This document shows, piece after piece, positions 59,556 through 64,000 of a DNA stretch of 64,000 nucleotides (position 1 is the first letter of the stretch; each line of letters starts with the position of its first letter). The DNA is from an uncultured virus (IMG/VR IMGVR_UViG_3300028416_000015) (Duplodnaviria; Heunggongvirae; Uroviricota; Caudoviricetes; Crassvirales). Below the pieces are notes generated by a model. The model had not been told where the DNA came from, ran no database searches, and worked only from the letters and a program-made list of their open reading frames with translations. Both the position numbers and the translations under genes were made by a program. The stretch lies in IMG/VR virus record IMGVR_UViG_3300028416_000015. One strand, given 5' to 3'.

Positions 59556-60229
59556 TAATAAATCCTTATATATTTGGCGGTGCTACTAATCCTCTTTGGA
59601 ATGGATTACAAGCCTACTATACAGCTGATAGTACTCCTAACGATGCAATAGGTAGCAATAACGGTACACTTGTAAACGGTGCAACTTATGGGACTGGAAT
59701 AATTAATCAAGGTTTTAGCTTAGATGGTGTTAACGATTATATTGATATGGGTACTTCATTTCCAATTATTACTGGAGATATGACTCTATCATTTTGGTTT
59801 AAAGGTTCTTTTCAAAATGCATCTGTAGGACATTTAAATAGAATGGGAGGACCTGGGTTTCGTGGTTTTTTATTTGGAGCAAATAATACTAACAATTTTT
59901 TAAGATTTGATATCTCCCCGGACGGGTTAACGTTAAAACAATTAACTTATTCACATGGTAGCACTTTTTCAGCAACAACATGGTATCATGCAGTTGCAGT
60001 TTTCAAAACTTCTAGTTATATGCGTATCTATTTAAACGGTAGTCAAGTAGCTGAAGAAACTGCTTCTATACCTTCTACTCAAACTCAGCCTAGTTCATTT
60101 GTTTTTGATATAGGCAAGAGAGGTTCATTAATGGGTGTTACAGATGAAATAGGTGTTTGGAATAGAGAATTAACACCAACAGAAGTAACAGAATTATATA
60201 ACAGTGGTTCAGCATTACAATATTCATAA
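59552..60229 (+). CDS. LamG/concanavalin A-like protein 1
   Basis: FSLDGVNDY, TLSFWFK, WYH.VAV, IYLNG, DEIGVWNREL...EV..LYN. Confidence 0.85.
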   Translation: MIINPYIFGGATNPLWNGLQAYYTADSTPNDAIGSNNGTLVNGATYGTGIINQGFSLDGVNDYIDMGTSFPIITGDMTLSFWFKGSFQNASVGHLNRMGGPGFRGFLFGANNTNNFLRFDISPDGLTLKQLTYSHGSTFSATTWYHAVAVFKTSSYMRIYLNGSQVAEETASIPSTQTQPSSFVFDIGKRGSLMGVTDEIGVWNRELTPTEVTELYNSGSALQYS

Positions 60230-60246
60230 ATAAATAAAAAAAAATC

Positions 60247-60450
60247 ATGGCATACGCAATAAAACCAATAGCAGAATTAGAAACGTTTGATTATTCACTT
60301 TGTAGTGGTTATTCAACAAAGGACACAGTTAGAAAGTCATTAGACGGTCAATTCTTCTTAGTAGAGGGAGAAACTTTCACAGACTTTACACACGCTGAAA
60401 TATTAGTGGAAATGGAAAAACCTAATTGGACAGAACAAACACCGATATAA
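60247..60450 (+). CDS. small LamG partner protein 1
   Basis: TVRKSLDG..F.V...TH.EIL..M..P.WT. Confidence 0.7.
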   Translation: MAYAIKPIAELETFDYSLCSGYSTKDTVRKSLDGQFFLVEGETFTDFTHAEILVEMEKPNWTEQTPI

Positions 60451-60452
60451 CT

Positions 60453-61151
60453 ATGAACGGATACTACAGACTTATAGCCTCGATGAGTAGGGGTGGTGGT
60501 GGAGTCAATCCTTTATGGAATGGCTTATTAGCTTATTATACTGCTGATAACACTCCTAACGATGCTTTAGGAACTTACAACGGTACACTTGTGAACGGTG
60601 CAACTTATGGAACTGGTATTATTAATCAAGGGTTTAGTCTTGATGGCGTTAATGATTATGTTGATATGGGGACTTCATTTCCTATTATAACAGGAGATAT
60701 GACTCTTTCTTTTTGGTTTAAGGGTGCTTGGCAAGGTGTTAACGTTGGTGGGTTAGGTAGGTTAGGTGGAGGTGGGGCCAGAGGTTTTCAGTTCGGGTCT
60801 AGTACACTCAATAATTTTTTGAGATTTGATTTAGCACCAGACTTATCGACATTAAAGCAATTAAGTTATTCTCATGGAAGCACATTTTCACCTACTACAT
60901 GGTATCATGCAGTCGCAGTTTTCAAAACTTCTAGTTATATGCGTATTTACTTAAATGGTAGTCAAGTAGCTGAAACAACAACGTCTATTCCATCTGCTCA
61001 GGCTCAAAGTCCAGCTATTCCGTTAACATTTAATTTTAGAGGTTTGTTAAGTGGAGTTGCAGATGAAATAGCTATCTTTAACACAGCAAAAACACCAACA
61101 GAAATTACAGAATTATATAGTGGCGGTAATGCCTTACAATATCCAAACTAA
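60453..61151 (+). CDS. LamG/concanavalin A-like protein 2
   Basis: Close paralog of 59552..60229; start MNGYYRL. Confidence 0.85.
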   Translation: MNGYYRLIASMSRGGGGVNPLWNGLLAYYTADNTPNDALGTYNGTLVNGATYGTGIINQGFSLDGVNDYVDMGTSFPIITGDMTLSFWFKGAWQGVNVGGLGRLGGGGARGFQFGSSTLNNFLRFDLAPDLSTLKQLSYSHGSTFSPTTWYHAVAVFKTSSYMRIYLNGSQVAETTTSIPSAQAQSPAIPLTFNFRGLLSGVADEIAIFNTAKTPTEITELYSGGNALQYPN

Positions 61152-61164
61152 AAAAAATAAAATT

Positions 61165-61365
61165 ATGGGATACGATATAAGACCAATAAGTGAAATAAAC
61201 ACAATAGATAAATCCTTATGTGTAGGCTATCCAGAAGTAGAATTTAACAACATATCAAAAGATGGTAATTTTTTTGTGGTAGAGGGTGAAACATTTAATA
61301 CTTTTACTCATTCTCAGATATTATTAGAATTAAAGAAACCTTATTGGACTGAACAAGAGATATAA
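61165..61365 (+). CDS. small LamG partner protein 2
   Basis: Paralog of 60247..60450; start MGYDIRP. Confidence 0.7.
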   Translation: MGYDIRPISEINTIDKSLCVGYPEVEFNNISKDGNFFVVEGETFNTFTHSQILLELKKPYWTEQEI

Positions 61366-61679
61366 TGGAAGCACCAAACTATATAATTATTTCACTTGTA
61401 ACGGTACTTTTCGGGGTTGCTCGATACTTCTTTAAAGACTTGCACAAAAGTTTCTTAGAAAGCGAAAAAAAGAATGACTTGATAAGTAATAAAGTAACTA
61501 AACTCGAAAGCAAAGTTATAAGACTTGAGGAAAAAATGCCTAGTGATATTCAGCATTTAGAAACTGTAATTAACTTGAAATTAGACGAGGTAACGAAAAC
61601 GATTAAACACTTAGAGAGGTCTCTTAACAATCAAGCAGATGCATATGTTCAGTTGTTAAAGGAATACACTAAGAAATGA
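61365..61679 (+). CDS. membrane-anchored coiled-coil protein (holin/antiholin-like)
   Basis: N-terminal TM segment plus coiled coil, in the lysis region. Confidence 0.5.
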   Translation: MEAPNYIIISLVTVLFGVARYFFKDLHKSFLESEKKNDLISNKVTKLESKVIRLEEKMPSDIQHLETVINLKLDEVTKTIKHLERSLNNQADAYVQLLKEYTKK

Positions 61680-61900
61680 AGAAACATATAATATCACTAA
61701 TTAACGACACGTTAAAGAAAGATGGGAAGTGGAGTAGAACCTCTTTAACCATGTTTAGTGCATGGTTATTGGTGGTCTATATGGTTATTTATGACTTGTA
61801 TAAAGAGGGTTTTAGATATGATGTTTTTGCTACTATGGTAGGTGTAGCTTTAGGTACTAAATTAACTGATTCAATAGGTAAAAAAATAGAAAAGAAATGA
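61676..61900 (+). CDS. putative holin
   Basis: 74 aa, two TM segments, basic tail. Confidence 0.55.
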   Translation: MKKHIISLINDTLKKDGKWSRTSLTMFSAWLLVVYMVIYDLYKEGFRYDVFATMVGVALGTKLTDSIGKKIEKK

Positions 61901-62388
61901 GGTGGAAAGAGTTAATTATAGTAATGTTAGTAGCTACTTGTATATATCTAATGTACATGAAAAGACCTATTTATTCAACTGGTAGGCTTCAAACTATTGA
62001 GCACGTTATACATGGTAAAGATAGTATTATAGTGAAATGGAAAACTAAGATAGTAGAAAACAAGTCAAAGGTTAACGGATTGAATAGTCAAATAGAACGA
62101 TTAAAAGATAGTTTAAGCGTTTCTAAGCAACTTAAAGATACTATGACTATAATAGAATACCAAGACACTATAATAAGCCAACAGGACACGATTATTAAGT
62201 TCTATGAAGGTTTAACGAGCAGATGCGACACTATAATTACAGAACAAAATAAGGTCATAGAGTTAAAAGATAGTGTTATTTTTATTCAAAAAGAAAGAAT
62301 AAAAGACTTTAAGAAAAAAAAGAAACGTAGAAAGATAAGTAGTATATTTGCATCCATTGGATTATTAACTTTATTAATTGTTAAGTAA
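61897..62388 (+). CDS. putative spanin-like protein
   Basis: N-terminal TM, coiled coil, hydrophobic C-terminus; precedes the endolysin. Confidence 0.45.
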   Translation: MRWKELIIVMLVATCIYLMYMKRPIYSTGRLQTIEHVIHGKDSIIVKWKTKIVENKSKVNGLNSQIERLKDSLSVSKQLKDTMTIIEYQDTIISQQDTIIKFYEGLTSRCDTIITEQNKVIELKDSVIFIQKERIKDFKKKKKRRKISSIFASIGLLTLLIVK

Positions 62389-62879
62389 TGGATAAAATAA
62401 CACTACAAAGAATTGAAAAGGCTCATCCTACTATTAGAGAAGAGTTGAAGCAAGATTACCTTTATTGTAACAATAGGTTATTAGGTAGGGGAGTAAGGCT
62501 GAGATTTGCATCTGTATACCGATCTAATGAAGAGCAAGATGAACTATACAGTAGAAGACCTAAAGTAACAAATGCAAAAGGTGGGCAATCTATACACAAT
62601 TACGGTTTAGCCTTCGATGTAGTTTTACTATATGACAAAGATGGCAACGGAACTTTTGAAACTGCTTCATGGGATACTATTAAAGATGGTGACAATGATG
62701 GTAAGTCTGATTGGATGGAGGTTGTTAATTTCTTCAAGGCAAAAGGTTGGTCATGGGGAGGTGACTGGCGATATTTTAAGGACAAGCCTCATTTCCAGAA
62801 AGACTTTGGGTATACATGGAGAGAATTAAAAGAGAAAGAAAAATTTATTGATAACGGGATTGAATATCCAAAATTATAA
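62388..62879 (+). CDS. endolysin, M15 L-Ala-D-Glu peptidase
   Basis: YRS..EQ..LY, S.HNYGLAFD, WGGDW..F.D.PHFQ. Confidence 0.92.
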   Translation: MDKITLQRIEKAHPTIREELKQDYLYCNNRLLGRGVRLRFASVYRSNEEQDELYSRRPKVTNAKGGQSIHNYGLAFDVVLLYDKDGNGTFETASWDTIKDGDNDGKSDWMEVVNFFKAKGWSWGGDWRYFKDKPHFQKDFGYTWRELKEKEKFIDNGIEYPKL

Positions 62880-62885
62880 GAAAAC

Positions 62886-64000
62886 ATGGGAAGAATAGAT
62901 CAAGATTACGCAACAGACGCAACCATAACAGGTACAGATAAAGTTATTGGTACAGATGCAGCAGATGGAAGCACTAAGAATTTTACTATTGATGGTATTA
63001 AGGGGTATATGGAAGGCAACTTAACTGGTGCTAGTAATTCTTACACATCTCTAGATGGCAAAACAGTCACTTCAACAAATGGCTTAACTACATCTATTAC
63101 ATCTGCGAGTATTCCTACTGACGCAACAGTTACAGCTAATGATTTATTGAGAGGTGTAGATTCAGCTGACGCAACAGTAAAAAATTATACAGTAGATAGC
63201 GTTAAAGATTATACTTTAAACGCATTAGATGTAGATAATTTAGTCTATACTGTATATGATAACATAGTAATGAATAATACTACTAGCTCATCTACAACTG
63301 TTTTGGATTATGGAGTAAATGTTATTAGAACATCAACTACAACCGATCTTGCCTGTAAACTACCTCAACCAGTTACAGGTAAGAGAGTAACAGTAGTTAA
63401 TAAATCTAGCATGGCTATAAAATTGTTTCCTTCTAATGTTGGTGGTCAAATAAATAATTATCCTATTGACACTCCAGCTATAGTACCTAATGATGGTGTA
63501 TCATATGATTTTGTATGTACAGAGAATCCATTACCTGGAGAATGGACATGGGACGCTCCAGCTACAGCACAATATGATTTCGGAAATATGTCTGTAGCTT
63601 TAGATTCAACTACGCCTTATACGTTTGGCGTAACGGTAGGTTTTGCTGGTACATCAAATGTTATAGCTAGTGGAGAAGGATCTCAAACATATACTGTGTC
63701 AAATGGTGTGAATCAATCACCAGCTTTTGCGTCTCTAACATCAGGTACGAATTATGCATTTGCTCAATTTAAGCCATTAAATAAGTGGAATGGTATGACT
63801 AAAATAAAAGTGTATACAAATGTTATAGATCAAACTGGTAGTGGTTATAACAACCCAGTGGTTAGGATTATTATGGGTAGCGGTATAGATTACTATGACC
63901 AATCTACTGGAGATTATATCACAAATGGAGGTAGAACAGGATTAGAGGAAGTTTTTTACTATAGTCTTAATAAAGTAATATCAGGCACTCCATCAGGTAC
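62886..64000 (+). CDS. tail fiber-like protein (truncated by window edge)
   Basis: ATG at 62886, long open frame with a duplicated TDAT.T..D...G.D.AD...KN.T.D..K.Y repeat. Confidence 0.65.
   Translation, partial: MGRIDQDYATDATITGTDKVIGTDAADGSTKNFTIDGIKGYMEGNLTGASNSYTSLDGKTVTSTNGLTTSITSASIPTDATVTANDLLRGVDSADATVKNYTVDSVKDYTLNALDVDNLVYTVYDNIVMNNTTSSSTTVLDYGVNVIRTSTTTDLACKLPQPVTGKRVTVVNKSSMAIKLFPSNVGGQINNYPIDTPAIVPNDGVSYDFVCTENPLPGEWTWDAPATAQYDFGNMSVALDSTTPYTFGVTVGFAGTSNVIASGEGSQTYTVSNGVNQSPAFASLTSGTNYAFAQFKPLNKWNGMTKIKVYTNVIDQTGSGYNNPVVRIIMGSGIDYYDQSTGDYITNGGRTGLEEVFYYSLNKVISGTPSG

Noticed and set aside
59552..61151. Diversity-generating retroelement TR/VR pair
   Set aside because: No reverse transcriptase in the window; differences are not adenine-specific and both copies are full genes

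Overview
Most of the genome of an AT-rich tailed dsDNA phage. The host is probably Bacteroidetes/Flavobacteriia, since TAnnTTTG promoter boxes recur before genes. The organisation is podovirus/crAss-like and the genetic code is standard. 1-30.1 kb (+): terminase, portal, scaffold, major capsid, tail ring/stabilization proteins, a poly-Thr protein with an adjacent glycosyltransferase, and large ejection proteins. 30.1-48.6 kb (-): nucleotide metabolism, replication/recombination (SF2 helicase, primase-helicase, SSB, YqaJ exonuclease), NUMOD4/HNH genes and small early genes. 48.6-50.3 kb: divergent non-coding control region. 50.3-64 kb (+): GroEL/GroES, tail adaptors, duplicated LamG proteins and a lysis cassette. 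Most notable unannotated signals: (i) an integron-like array of attC-type cassettes with no integrase in the window; (ii) three covarying copies of a promoter-linked kissing-loop RNA upstream of HNH genes; (iii) a mucin-like Thr-tract protein plus HPAT/SERGT-like glycosyltransferase that appears to split the tail stabilization gene; (iv) dual-coded segments and a slippery A10 in the 2474-aa protein; (v) a diverged duplicated iteron-like module. All family calls come from reading motifs by eye; no database search was run.
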